Positions 22,079 to 32,797 of a DNA stretch of 64,000 bases are shown piece by piece. The stretch is from an uncultured Chloroflexia bacterium (lineage in GTDB: Bacteria > Chloroflexota > Chloroflexia > Thermomicrobiales > UBA6265). Location: the NCBI GenBank assembly GCA_963724295.1, contig CAVRUC010000007.1, forward strand, positions 320,001 through 384,000. Reading direction: 5' to 3'. A program made the position numbers and the translations under genes. Below the pieces are notes generated by a model that had not been told where the DNA came from, searched no databases, and worked only from the letters and a program-made list of their open reading frames with translations. Numbering within the stretch: the stretch's first letter is position 1; each line of letters opens with the position of its first letter.

Positions 22079-23246
22079 GTGTCAGCCTCACGCCATTTTG
22101 ACGTCATCGTGCTTGGCGGCGGAACGATGGGAACAGCCGCCGCCTGGGCGCTCGGCAAACGCGGCATGAAATCTCTGGTCCTCGAGCAGTTTCACCACGT
22201 CCATGACCAGGGGAGCCACGGTGGCGAGACGCGAATCATCCGCCATGCCTATGCCGAGTCTCCAGAGTACGTCCCCCTCGTCCGCCGCGCGGATCAGCTC
22301 TGGCAGGAGCTGGAGGCCTCAATCGGGGAGCGGGTTCTGGTGCGCTGCGGCGGGCTCGAGCTCGCCGCGCCCGGTTTTGCCCATGCTCACGCGGCCCGCA
22401 CTAGCGCCGACGCCCACAGACTCGCCTACGAGTGGCTTACGCCCGACGAGGTGATGTCACGTTGGCCAGCATTTCGAGTTCCCGAGGACTGGGAGGCGCT
22501 CTACAGCCCGGACAGCGGTTTTCTCCTCACCGAGCCGGCGCTAGGCGGTATGGCGGATGCCGCCCGCACGCTGGGCGCCACGATCCTGGAACAGACTCCA
22601 GCCGTAGCCTGGGGCGCAGACCTCGAGCACGTCTGGGTCGATACCCGGGTCGAGCGCTTCGAGGCGGAGGCCCTGGTCGTGACTGCGGGAGCATGGGCGT
22701 CGCCCATGCTCGCGGAGCTAAACCTACCCATTCACATCCTGCGCAAAACGCTCTGGTGGCAGGAGGTGAGCGACCCGCGGCAGTTCGAACCGGACCGGTT
22801 CCCGGTGTTCATCACTGACTCACCCACCGGGGAGATCTACGGGTTTCCGGTCCACGGTGTTCCGGGACTCAAGATCGCCAACCATGCCGGTGGCGAGATC
22901 GCCGATCCGGAAAGGGTGGACCGATCGACGAGGCCAGGCGAAAACCGCGATTGTCTCGAACTGGCGGCGCGTGTGCTTCCTGGTGTCGGCTCATGTGTGG
23001 TCAAGAGCGCCGTCTGTTTGTACGCCATGACTCCGGATACGGACTTCATCGTCGATCGGCATCCGGAGCTGCCCCGGGTTGCGATTGGCGCGGGATTTTC
23101 TGGTCACGGCTTCAAGTTCGCGCCGGCAATCGGCGAGCTCCTTGCCGAGATGGTCACCGATCCGGCAGCCGGAATCGATCCCGCGGCTGCAATTATCTCG
23201 ATTCGAGCCAGCTGGTGTGGCGGAATCAACCGCAGGTTCCGCGTAG
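22079..23246 (+). CDS. solA: N-methyl-L-tryptophan/sarcosine oxidase family FAD oxidase; probable +1 frameshift near 23171
   Basis: GGGTMG, GSHGGETRIIR, CLY, GFSGHGFKF. Removing one base gives the family-typical ..LSRF C-terminus, ends the gene at TAG 23246 and removes the overlap with the convergent gene. Confidence 0.82.
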
Positions 23247-23258
23247 CCCTCAGAAATT

Positions 23259-23651
23259 TCAATCGCCTCGAGGCTCTGGTTCCCGGATGACCCGTTTGGC
23301 GTAGACCTGGGCTGGCGGCGAATCATCCGGCGTCGACGATCCCAGCGCTGTGACGGGATCTTGCGGAAACGAGCCTTCCGGCCAATCGCCGTTTGCCTGG
23401 CCCCATTCATTGATGATGCGCTGCAGGTTCCGATCGCTCGTCACAAACCCCGTAGCCGACGTCTTGCGGGCACTGCCACCATGGGTCACCTCGCTCAGAC
23501 CCTCGCGCAGGTCGCGCACGAAGGCGGCAAGCTGGTGCTCATCAAAGTTTTCAGTGAAGGGAAAAATCCGGCGATCGCGCGTTTGCAGAAATCGCACGAT
23601 GCGGTCCATGAGCCAGTCGTGGTATCGCTGCTGCGGATTGATCTGCGCCAC
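23259..23651 (-). CDS. hypothetical protein (130 aa)
   Basis: GTG start after GAGG; natural-looking composition; fills the gap between solA and the M16 gene. Confidence 0.7.
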   Translation of the reverse strand: MAQINPQQRYHDWLMDRIVRFLQTRDRRIFPFTENFDEHQLAAFVRDLREGLSEVTHGGSARKTSATGFVTSDRNLQRIINEWGQANGDWPEGSFPQDPVTALGSSTPDDSPPAQVYAKRVIREPEPRGD

Positions 23652-23806
23652 ACTCTACCTCGTGCTGCATGAAGCCCGTGCAACCGCTCACCCCCGGCCT
23701 GGGGGCATCCTAACCCGCTGCATTCTATCCTGACCGGGCATCTACGACGCGCTCGGCGCCTGAGGCAACAGTGCGGTCCAGGATTTCAACGCGTGGAGTG
23801 AACGTT

Positions 23807-26449
23807 ATGGCGCCACCAATATCCAATCATGTGGTCGATACGCATCTCAGCAACGGACTGGGGATCATTCTCAAAGAGGATCACACCGCACCAATCGTCT
23901 CCATGTGGACGTGGTACCGGGTCGGCAGTCGCAACGAACGGCCCGGGAAGACAGGACTTTCACACTGGGTCGAGCACATGCAATTCAAGGGCACCGCGGA
24001 TATCGCGAAGGGTCAGATTTTTCGCGACGTCTCGCGGGTTGGGGGAACGCTCAACGCCCTGACCTCGCATGATTGGACCGCGTATTTCGAAACCGTTCCC
24101 GCACACCAGATCGACCTTCCGCTCCGCATCGAATCCGATCGCGTGACGGGATCGCTGTTCGCACCCGAAGAGGTCGAGTCCGAGCGGACCGTCATCCTCT
24201 CTGAACGGCAGGGCGCAGAGAACAACCCGGGTTACGCCCTCTATGAGGAAGTGGTCGGCTCGGCATTCCACGCTCATCCCTACCGGCACATGGTGATCGG
24301 ATACGAGGGCGACCTGCGCACGATCTCACGCGGCGATCTCTACCAGCACTACCGGCGCTTATATCACCCAAGCAATGCGTTCGTCGTCGCCGTCGGTGAT
24401 TTCGATAGCGACGATCTTCTCAGCCGCCTCGAGCGCGCATTCGGCGCGGTTCCCGCTGGCGAGCCGATTCCCCGTTCCATTGGCATCACAGAGCCGGAGC
24501 AACAAGGCGAGCGTCGTGTCTTGCTGCGACGACCATCCGGCGTGCCGTACTTGCGCGTGGCCTATCACGCGCCGGCCGCCGCGGATGCCGATGCGGTTCC
24601 CTTGCTGGTCGCGGAAGCCGTCCTGTCCGGTGGCCAGCCGATGGGGCTGGGTGGTGGCAGCGCCATGGGGCGGTCATCGCGCCTCTACAGAGCATTGGTT
24701 GCGTCAGGTCTTGCTCGCGCCGCGGGAAGCGACATGAGCCTGACGATCGACCCGTACCTGTTTCAGATCGGAGTTACGGGTCTGCCCGGCTCCGACCTGT
24801 CGGAGCTGGAGCGCCTCGTTCACGGCGAAGTCGCCCGGTTGCAAGAAGAGCCGGTCCCTGCCGAGGAGTTGCAACGAGCCGTTCGCCAGCTGGAAGCACA
24901 GTTCGTCTACTCCTCGGAAGGGATGACCAACCAGGCGTACTGGCTCGGGCTCTGTGAAGTCGTCGACGGCTGGGAACGGGCGGCTTCCCTGCCCGATGAG
25001 ATCAGGAGCGTGACCGCCGCAGACATCCAACGTGTGGCGCGGCAATACCTTCTTCCAGAGCGGCGAACCGTCGGCTGGCTTGAACCGCTTTCCATCGACG
25101 CGCCAACTGGCACCCCGGATGCGGAGGGTGTTCGTCACTTCGCGCCTCCGGCGGCCTGGGGTCTGACCGGTCCCCGATCGTCCGCGGAGGCGGAGCGCGT
25201 GGCGTTTCACCGGGCAGTCCTTGCCAATGGCATCCCGGTTCTTGGCCAGCAGCGACTACAGAGCCAGTCTTTCGCGCTTCGACTTCGCGTTCCGGCAGGC
25301 ACGGTCTACGAACTTCCCGAAGAGTCGGGTATCGCGTTTCTCACGGCCCGCTCGCTGCAGCGCGGGTCGAGCGGTCACTCGTTTGACGAGATCAGCACCC
25401 GGCTCGACGAGCTGGGTGGCTCGATGACGGTCGATGCGGGGCGCGAGTTCATTGAGGTGCGCGTGCGCGGCTTGCGAGACGACTTTCAGGAACTGATCCG
25501 GTTGCTGGCGGACGCGTTGCAACGTCCTGATTTTCCGGCAGCCGAGGTTGCCAAGGTCCGATCCGAGCAGATCGGCGCCATCGCGGAGGCGGACAACGAC
25601 ACCCGAGCCACGGCCGACCGCCTGCTCCGGCGGTCCGTCTATCCCGAGCCAAATCCGTTTGGGCGCCGAGTTCTCGGCAATCGTGAGATCGTCAGCACGC
25701 TCGATCGAGAGGCGGTTGCCGGGTATCACGCGCGGGCGTTCAGCCCGGTCGGCACCTCGATTGCCATGGTGGGTGGGATCGCCGAGTTCGACGAGGCGGT
25801 GGAAGGGCTTTCGTCGGCTATGGGCTCCTGGGACGTGGCCGGCTCCAGAGTCGATATCGCCAATCAGGTCGTGACCAATGACACCGTGGTCCGCACCACG
25901 GAGGAGATTCCTGGTAAGAGTCAGGTCGATATTGCGGCGGGGCTCGCCACGATTCCTCGCGGGCACCAGGACTATTACGCGCTCGATATCGCAAACATGA
26001 TCCTGGGCCGGCTTGGATTGATGGGGCGTCTCGGGGCGGAGGTGCGCGACCGGCAAGGGCTCGCCTACTACGCCTCGAGCCAGCTCGAGCCTCGTCGCGA
26101 CAGCACGTTATGGGCAGCGCGGGCCGGTGTCGATCCCGAAAACGTCGAGCGCGCCGTCCACGCGGTCCAAACCGAACTTGACCGGCTTCGCTCCGATTTG
26201 GTCTCCGAGGAGGAGCTTGAGGACGCGAAGAGCTACCTGACGGGTGTGCTCCCGCTGGCGCTCGAGACGCACGACGGGGTGGCCTCGATATTGCTGGCGA
26301 TCGAGGAGTTTGGTCTGGGCCTCGACTATCTCGACCGGTACCCTGACATCATCGCCGCGGTCGAACGCGAGCACGTACGGCATGCGGCGCGGGCGCATCT
26401 GGACCCCGAAAGGCTCGCCATCGGCATCGCCAGACCCGCGGGGCCATGA
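23807..26449 (+). CDS. M16 (pitrilysin-like) zinc peptidase, active and inactive halves in one chain
   Basis: HWVEH inverted zinc motif, NALTSHDWTAYF; second half has RL..EVRDRQGLAY but lacks HxxEH. Confidence 0.92.
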   Translation: MAPPISNHVVDTHLSNGLGIILKEDHTAPIVSMWTWYRVGSRNERPGKTGLSHWVEHMQFKGTADIAKGQIFRDVSRVGGTLNALTSHDWTAYFETVPAHQIDLPLRIESDRVTGSLFAPEEVESERTVILSERQGAENNPGYALYEEVVGSAFHAHPYRHMVIGYEGDLRTISRGDLYQHYRRLYHPSNAFVVAVGDFDSDDLLSRLERAFGAVPAGEPIPRSIGITEPEQQGERRVLLRRPSGVPYLRVAYHAPAAADADAVPLLVAEAVLSGGQPMGLGGGSAMGRSSRLYRALVASGLARAAGSDMSLTIDPYLFQIGVTGLPGSDLSELERLVHGEVARLQEEPVPAEELQRAVRQLEAQFVYSSEGMTNQAYWLGLCEVVDGWERAASLPDEIRSVTAADIQRVARQYLLPERRTVGWLEPLSIDAPTGTPDAEGVRHFAPPAAWGLTGPRSSAEAERVAFHRAVLANGIPVLGQQRLQSQSFALRLRVPAGTVYELPEESGIAFLTARSLQRGSSGHSFDEISTRLDELGGSMTVDAGREFIEVRVRGLRDDFQELIRLLADALQRPDFPAAEVAKVRSEQIGAIAEADNDTRATADRLLRRSVYPEPNPFGRRVLGNREIVSTLDREAVAGYHARAFSPVGTSIAMVGGIAEFDEAVEGLSSAMGSWDVAGSRVDIANQVVTNDTVVRTTEEIPGKSQVDIAAGLATIPRGHQDYYALDIANMILGRLGLMGRLGAEVRDRQGLAYYASSQLEPRRDSTLWAARAGVDPENVERAVHAVQTELDRLRSDLVSEEELEDAKSYLTGVLPLALETHDGVASILLAIEEFGLGLDYLDRYPDIIAAVEREHVRHAARAHLDPERLAIGIARPAGP

Positions 26450-26462
26450 AGAGCCTCAATCG

Positions 26463-26789
26463 TCAGAGAACGGCACTGGCCCGTTGGGCGAGTGGTTTCA
26501 AGTAGATCAGGAACTCATTCTGGCCGGAGCGCAGGATGCGGCTGATGCTGTAGCTCGTCTTGTGCGGTCGGTCTTGATAGATATCGCCTGGTTTGTAGCG
26601 TCCCAGGCGCATCTCTCGCGACGTCTTGGCCACGATCTCATAGGTTGGCGTATGACATGCGTCGCAGACCAGGTACTGGTCCACCTCGTCGGTCGGTCCG
26701 GTATAGCCGCGTTGCACGAGTCGGACATCAGCCGAGTCGCACCACGGACAGACCCGTGCCGCGGGTTCCCGGCGATCGCTTTCAGCCAC
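26463..26789 (-). CDS. small hypothetical zinc-ribbon protein
   Basis: CPWC...CDAC pair; GTG start after GGAG. Confidence 0.65.
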   Translation of the reverse strand: MAESDRREPAARVCPWCDSADVRLVQRGYTGPTDEVDQYLVCDACHTPTYEIVAKTSREMRLGRYKPGDIYQDRPHKTSYSISRILRSGQNEFLIYLKPLAQRASAVL

Positions 26790-26997
26790 CTACCAACTCC
26801 GGCCGCCGTTCGTACTCCGAAGCAGTATTGTACCAAGCAACGAGCAGCCGGCCTCGAATTGAGGCGCCCAGCACAGTTTCGGGGTTTCGACGTAGCCACG
26901 GCGCACCTGGCACTGAGGGCGCATAATGAGGGGGGCAGATGGATCTGGCGCCGCCAGACCGCCGGCCCACCCGCGACCCCGCGCGGAAGGAGGGATC

Positions 26998-28635
26998 ATG
27001 CCAGAGCGCGCGTCCGCGGAGAAAAAGCGGCTGATGCCGTCTTCGACGGACCTGGATACGGACCTTGGTACGCGTCCGCTGATCATCGCCTCGAACAGAG
27101 GCCCGGTCACGTTCTCGCGACAGGCGAACGGTTCGTTCGACGCGCGCAAGGGGAGTGGCGGCGTCGTGACGGCGGTCACCGCTATCGCTCGCGAGCGGCA
27201 ACCGATCTGGATCGCGGCAGCCATGACCGAGGGAGACCGCCAGCGCGCCGCTCATGCCCACGAAACCGGCGAGGAACTGATCGAGTTCGGGAATCCTTGT
27301 GAGTTCCGGCTGCGGTTCGTCGTGCCGGATCCCGAGGCGTACCACCAGTACTACAACATCATCAGCAACCCGTTGCTCTGGTTCCTCCAGCACTACCTGT
27401 GGGATACGCCGAGAACTCCGGACATCACGAAGGATATCTGGGATGCCTGGCGGGACGGCTACGTCGTAGTCAATGAGTTGTTCGCGGATGAGATCGTTGC
27501 CGCGGCAAAAGCAGCCGGCGATGAGCCGTTGATCATGCTGCAGGACTATCACCTCTACCTGTGCGCCGGCCTCGTGCGCCAACGGCAACCAGACGCCCGA
27601 CTGCAGCAGTTCGTGCATATCCCCTGGCCCGACCCTGATTACTGGCGTCTCCTGCCATTGGAGATGCGGCGGTCGATCTGTGAAGGGATGTTGGGCAACG
27701 ATATCGTTGGTTTCCAGACGCCAGAACACGGCCGGTCGTTCATGTACACCTGCCAGGCGTACGTGCCGGATGCCTTCGTCGACTACTCCACGTTGTCAGT
27801 GCGATGGCAAAACCGCCGCATCGAGGTGCGGACGTATCCCATCTCGATCGATGCCGCCGCGGTGCGCCGCATGGCGTACTCCAAAGAAGCGCGGTCGCAC
27901 GACCGGTACTTGCCGAACCACTGGAACGAGTTCACCGTACTTCGCGTCGACCGCGCCGAACCGAGCAAGAACATCGTGCGCGGCTTTCTGGCGTTCGATC
28001 GGTTCCTCGAAGCCCACCAGGACTTCCAGGGCCGTGTCAATTTCGTCGCGATCACCGTGCCATCCCGGATGGACGTGGTCGAGTACCAGGATTATCTGGA
28101 CGACGTCAGCGCGGTCGTGGGACGGATCAATGCCAAGTACGCCAACGTCGAGACGGGGTGGCAACCGATCCACCTGATCATGGGTGAGAACTACCCGCGG
28201 GCCCTGGCGGCGATGAAGTGGTATGACGTGCTCCTGGTGAATTCCATCATCGACGGCATGAACCTCGTCGCCAAGGAAGGCGCCCTGTTGAACGAGCGCA
28301 ACGGCGTGCTGATCCTGTCAGAGGGCGCCGGCGCCGTGAGTCAGCTCGGCGAGGACGCCATCATCATCGGGCCGACCGACGTCGAAGGAACCGCCGACGC
28401 GCTGCACCGCGCATTGACCATGCCGCTCGAGGAGCGGCGCAGGCGAGCGGAAGGCTTGCGGCGCTCGGTCGAGACCGACGACGTGACCAAGTGGTTCGAG
28501 AATCAGGTCGCCGACATGTTGGCGTACAAGCGCGAACCCATCGCCGAGGACGATGAGTCGGAGGACGACATGGCGATGCCCGCCAACATCGTCTCGCTTA
28601 CCGGATCGGATCGGGTCTCGACCGCCGGAGCCTGA
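26998..28635 (+). CDS. otsA: trehalose-6-phosphate synthase (GT20)
   Basis: ASNRGP, GGVV, QDYHLY, HIPWP, RVDRAEPSKN, DGMNLVAKE, LSEGAGA. Confidence 0.88.
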   Translation: MPERASAEKKRLMPSSTDLDTDLGTRPLIIASNRGPVTFSRQANGSFDARKGSGGVVTAVTAIARERQPIWIAAAMTEGDRQRAAHAHETGEELIEFGNPCEFRLRFVVPDPEAYHQYYNIISNPLLWFLQHYLWDTPRTPDITKDIWDAWRDGYVVVNELFADEIVAAAKAAGDEPLIMLQDYHLYLCAGLVRQRQPDARLQQFVHIPWPDPDYWRLLPLEMRRSICEGMLGNDIVGFQTPEHGRSFMYTCQAYVPDAFVDYSTLSVRWQNRRIEVRTYPISIDAAAVRRMAYSKEARSHDRYLPNHWNEFTVLRVDRAEPSKNIVRGFLAFDRFLEAHQDFQGRVNFVAITVPSRMDVVEYQDYLDDVSAVVGRINAKYANVETGWQPIHLIMGENYPRALAAMKWYDVLLVNSIIDGMNLVAKEGALLNERNGVLILSEGAGAVSQLGEDAIIIGPTDVEGTADALHRALTMPLEERRRRAEGLRRSVETDDVTKWFENQVADMLAYKREPIAEDDESEDDMAMPANIVSLTGSDRVSTAGA

Positions 28636-28780
28636 AGCGCCAATCCCGTAACCACACTCGCGGAGTTGGCTGTTGACAGCCGATTCGGAGCCGGAGATAG
28701 TACGCCCCGGCGCGACCCGGCTCTGCATTGGAGCACGGGCTGTCATGTGCACTGAGGCACTGGAGGAGGTTCAAGAAACC

Positions 28781-30421
28781 ATGAGCCATCGGATTCTTCG
28801 CAGAGCAGTCGACCGACGGACCGTATTAAAGGCGGCCACAGGCGCTGCAGCCGGATTCTACGCCTGGGGAGTTCCCGGCAAGTCTTACCAGCGAGCGCTG
28901 GCCCAAGAGAGCATAGTCCAGCAAATCCTCGCCATCCCCGGCGCCGGCGCTCAGTGGACCGAAGCAGACCTGCGGAGCGTTGGCGAGCTCGTTCTCGAGC
29001 CGACAAAAGCGAACGTGCAACCAGGCGAGTTTCAGGGCCAGCAATTGACGTTCCTCGGGCTGAACAACGCAGGTCTTCACAACCTGGTTTTTCGTCCTCT
29101 TTCGGAGGCCTGGCAGGAATACACTGGCGCTCAGATCGAGTGGATTGATCTGCCTCAAAATGAGGTCTTCGCTCGCGTCCAGCAGAGCATCGCGAGTGAT
29201 ACGGTCGACTTCGATGTTCTGGAGGGTGGAGCCCCCTGGGAGGGTGACATACTCGGCAGGGGGCTTGCCTCCGAAATGCCCGATTGGGTCGCTGCACAAA
29301 TCGACATGAGTGACTACGTGAAGCTCCTCCAGCCTCCGGTTGGGACGTGGGACGGCAAGACCTATCGTGTCTCAATTGACGCTGACGCACACAACTTCAA
29401 TTATCGCTCCGATGTCTTTGCCAGCGAAGAATTGGGCGCAGAGTGGTCCGCCGCAGGGGGTGCCCAGGAATGGGGTGTTCCTCAAACGTGGCAGCAGGTC
29501 CAGGCAGTTACTCAATTCCTCCAAGGGAAGCAACTAGACGGCCAGGACCTCTATGGAATCCTGGACGAGTGCGCGCCATGGGGCGGGTTCGGCTGGTATT
29601 TCTTTGCAAGTCGCGCGAGTGCTTATGCCAAACATCCGGACAACAAGGCATGGCTGTTCGATCCGTCCAATATGAAACCCTTCGTCAACAGCCCTGCCTT
29701 CGTTCGAGCGGCGCAGGACGTGATCGACGCACTACCGTTTGAGCCGACGGATCAGGTCAACGCTGATGGCAATCGCACTTGGCTGGAGCAGTTCCTGCCT
29801 GGGATCGGCTCGATGCTTCACTGGTGGGGTGACGTCGGCTCGAACGTTTACACCAACGATGTCTCCGTCGTTCAGGACAAGGTGATGTTCAGCATCTTGC
29901 CCGGTTCTGACGACGTCTACAACAACGCAACTGGCGAATGGAATACTCTACCTAGCGGACCCAACTTCGCGCCGAACGAGGCATACATCGGTTGGGGCCT
30001 GTACGTCATGAAACGATCCGAAGCCTCGGGTGTCAACAAGGCCGCGTGGAGCTTGGCCGCGCACCTTGGCGGCAAGGATCTCGGAACCTGGACAGCGGTC
30101 TACCCGTCAGGCTTCCAGCCATACCGCGAAAGCTCATTCGATGAAGAGCTGTGGGCGGTCGCCGATCTGCCGGCGGAGTTCATTTCGTCGTACTTGGACT
30201 CGCAGGTGGATTCGTACAACCATCCCAATGGGGCCATCGAGCCACGCATCCCGGGGATTTTCCAGTACTACGTGGCCGCCGAAACGGAGCTCTCCCGGGC
30301 CTACGCCGGCCAGGTGACAGCTCAGGAAGCGCTGGACGCGACTGCCGCTGCCTGGGAACAGATCACCGACGATCTCGGGCGCGATAGCCAGATCGAACTC
30401 TATCAAGCCGCACTCGGATAA
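28781..30421 (+). CDS. carbohydrate ABC transporter substrate-binding protein, Tat signal (copy 1)
   Basis: DRRTVLK twin-arginine signal; SBP family 1 style C-terminus; precedes two permeases; GGAGG RBS. Confidence 0.88.
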   Translation: MSHRILRRAVDRRTVLKAATGAAAGFYAWGVPGKSYQRALAQESIVQQILAIPGAGAQWTEADLRSVGELVLEPTKANVQPGEFQGQQLTFLGLNNAGLHNLVFRPLSEAWQEYTGAQIEWIDLPQNEVFARVQQSIASDTVDFDVLEGGAPWEGDILGRGLASEMPDWVAAQIDMSDYVKLLQPPVGTWDGKTYRVSIDADAHNFNYRSDVFASEELGAEWSAAGGAQEWGVPQTWQQVQAVTQFLQGKQLDGQDLYGILDECAPWGGFGWYFFASRASAYAKHPDNKAWLFDPSNMKPFVNSPAFVRAAQDVIDALPFEPTDQVNADGNRTWLEQFLPGIGSMLHWWGDVGSNVYTNDVSVVQDKVMFSILPGSDDVYNNATGEWNTLPSGPNFAPNEAYIGWGLYVMKRSEASGVNKAAWSLAAHLGGKDLGTWTAVYPSGFQPYRESSFDEELWAVADLPAEFISSYLDSQVDSYNHPNGAIEPRIPGIFQYYVAAETELSRAYAGQVTAQEALDATAAAWEQITDDLGRDSQIELYQAALG

Positions 30422-30432
30422 GCCGATGGCAC

Positions 30433-30465
30433 GCCGGGGTCGGATCGACGTCATCCGACCCCGGC
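30433..30465 (+). terminator. perfect 13-bp GC hairpin after SBP gene (mRNA stabiliser or attenuator)
   Basis: GCCGGGGTCGGAT-cgacgtc-ATCCGACCCCGGC; no U tract. Confidence 0.55.
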
Positions 30466-30555
30466 AAGTCACCGGGTCCAGCCTCTGAATCGCTCAGCCT
30501 GGACCCTCCTTTGGATCGCGTCGCGTCGTGACGTACCACGAGTCCTTGGTGAAAC

Positions 30556-31671
30556 ATGCAGCAGAATCCGGCGGTTGAGCTTCCCGTTGCGGATGTCCCA
30601 ATCGGCGTCGCAGCTGGGTGGCGACAGGCGACCGGTCGAGTCGTTCTTGTCGTCGCTTCGCTGGTGACCTTGGTTCTCTTGGCTGTTCAGCTATTGAAGA
30701 CTCTTGGATTCACGACCGTCGGGTTCGCAAATTGGCGTCCGATCGCTGTTGCCTTTCTCGGCTGGGCCGTATGTTTCTGCGCATATATCTTCTTGACGCG
30801 AGGCCAACGCGGCGAACGTGCTGTTTTCCTGTTGCCAGCCGTCCTCATCACGGTGGCATTCATCATTTTTCCCACGATCTACGCGCTGTTCATCGCCTTT
30901 CACAACTGGAATCTCAGCGCGGTAGCCGGTAGGCAGTTCACCGGTCTGGACAACTTCCGAAGGTTGTTTTCGGACCGGGGATACTGGGAAGCCATGCTGA
31001 ACATGGTGTATTACGTTGGGGCCGTTCTGGCCCAATACGTGATCGCGTATGGACTTGCGCTTCTCTTGAATCAACCCGTCCGGGGACGCAAGTTCTTCAG
31101 GGTTATCTTTCTCCTACCATTTATGTTGAGCCCAGTCGCCGTCAGCTTTATGATCGGAAAGACGCTTCTGAACAGCCAATACGGACCGGTTGTGGCTGCG
31201 CTCCACTGGGTTGGCGTGGCGGACGTCTCCTTCTATGAAAATCCCTGGCTCGCCAGGCTCAACATCATGATCATGGATGCGTGGTACTCGATTCCGTTCA
31301 TGATGGTGCTGTTGCTCGCTGGTCTCCAGGGAATTCCCGGCGAAGTCCTCGAGTCAGCGAAGATCGATGGCGCGTCCGCATGGCAGACGTTTCGCGACAT
31401 GGTATTTCCTTTGATGCTCCCGATCTCTCTGACCGCCATCATTCTCCGGGTCATCTTTGAACTGAAGCTCATCGATGTCGTTCGCGTTGTCACTGGTGGA
31501 GGTCCGGGCGGTGCAACCGACACCGTGAGCCTGTTCATTTACCGGGAGGGCATTCAGAAAACGAACGTCGGCTACGCGTCCGCGATGTCCCAGTTCTACC
31601 TGCTAGTCATCATCATCTCAATCACGGTAGTGCTGTGGCTCGCGAACAAATTGGTCGCGAAGTTCAGCTGA
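30556..31671 (+). CDS. carbohydrate ABC transporter permease (MalF-like)
   Basis: GLDNF, LLPFMLSPVAV, EAA loop ESAKIDGAS, TGGGPG. Confidence 0.92.
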   Translation: MQQNPAVELPVADVPIGVAAGWRQATGRVVLVVASLVTLVLLAVQLLKTLGFTTVGFANWRPIAVAFLGWAVCFCAYIFLTRGQRGERAVFLLPAVLITVAFIIFPTIYALFIAFHNWNLSAVAGRQFTGLDNFRRLFSDRGYWEAMLNMVYYVGAVLAQYVIAYGLALLLNQPVRGRKFFRVIFLLPFMLSPVAVSFMIGKTLLNSQYGPVVAALHWVGVADVSFYENPWLARLNIMIMDAWYSIPFMMVLLLAGLQGIPGEVLESAKIDGASAWQTFRDMVFPLMLPISLTAIILRVIFELKLIDVVRVVTGGGPGGATDTVSLFIYREGIQKTNVGYASAMSQFYLLVIIISITVVLWLANKLVAKFS

Positions 31672-31755
31672 TATTCATCCGACAGACCGTACCTCCGGTG
31701 GCCATCTGTGTGTATCGTCACGGAGATGCGTAGGAGCTCTTGAGGAGTTGTTGTA

Positions 31756-32625
31756 ATGACCCAGACTGTGCAAAAAACGGTGATCTATACCGTCCTCATC
31801 ATCTGGGCGTTCGTTTGTCTGTTCCCGATCTACTGGACCGCATCAACAGCCTTTAAAGAGGCTAAGGATATCTATGACGGTGACCTCGTACCGTGGCTGC
31901 AGTTTGAGCCCAACTGGAAGGGATGGGAGTCGCTAGGATTGTCGCCAGACACGATCGGTCAGCAATCGAGCGCACGTGAGCTATTCTTGAAGCACGCCGT
32001 GAACACCGTGACGATCTCGCTGAGCGCCGCGACGTTGGCCAGCGTCATCGGCTCGTTGGCCGCTTATGGTCTCGCGAGGTTCGAGTATCGGTTCGGGCCT
32101 TGGCGGAACAACGATATTTCGTTCTGGTTCCTATCTCAGCTTATTCTGCCTCCAGTGGCGATCGTCTTGCCCATCCTTGTGCTGTATCGCGAGCTGGACC
32201 TCCTGGACACCCGCACTGGTCTCGTCCTGGTTTACACGATCATGAACCTACCGATCGTGATCTGGATCATGCGGGATCAGTTCAATTCGATTCCCGTTGA
32301 GCTGGAACAAGCGGCACTTGTCGATGGAGCATCAGTTTGGCAAGCGTTCCTACGCATTGTGGTTCCCATTGCAGCCCCTGGGTTTGTGGCCGCGTTCATC
32401 CTTTCCCTCGTCTTCTCCTGGAATGAGTACTTTTTCGCCGTGGTCCTGGCCGGCGCTGACGCGCCCACTCTCCCGCTCCTGCTGGCCGGGCAGACCAGCT
32501 CACAAGGGACTCGGTGGTGGTCGATCGCGGCCCTGGCCACAGCTGCAATCACTCCGTTGATCATCATTGGTCTCATTATGGAAAAGCACATTGTCAGAGG
32601 TTTGACAGCTGGAGCCGTGAAGTAG
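31756..32625 (+). CDS. carbohydrate ABC transporter permease (MalG-like)
   Basis: AAYGLARF, IPVELEQAALVDGAS, SWNEYFFA, GLTAGAVK. Confidence 0.93.
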   Translation: MTQTVQKTVIYTVLIIWAFVCLFPIYWTASTAFKEAKDIYDGDLVPWLQFEPNWKGWESLGLSPDTIGQQSSARELFLKHAVNTVTISLSAATLASVIGSLAAYGLARFEYRFGPWRNNDISFWFLSQLILPPVAIVLPILVLYRELDLLDTRTGLVLVYTIMNLPIVIWIMRDQFNSIPVELEQAALVDGASVWQAFLRIVVPIAAPGFVAAFILSLVFSWNEYFFAVVLAGADAPTLPLLLAGQTSSQGTRWWSIAALATAAITPLIIIGLIMEKHIVRGLTAGAVK

Positions 32626-32797
32626 CCTACTGGATCGGACTGATTTCGAGATAACCGGAAGAGTGAATTCGCCCCGGGTCCGAACCAAGCGAAGCCCGAC
32701 TGGGTGAGCGTAAACTTCTGAGCCGACCCCGCTGCAATGATCGGGCAACGCCTTGAAGCTTCGTTCTTGAGATGACTGCAGTGACTGCGCTTTGTCC

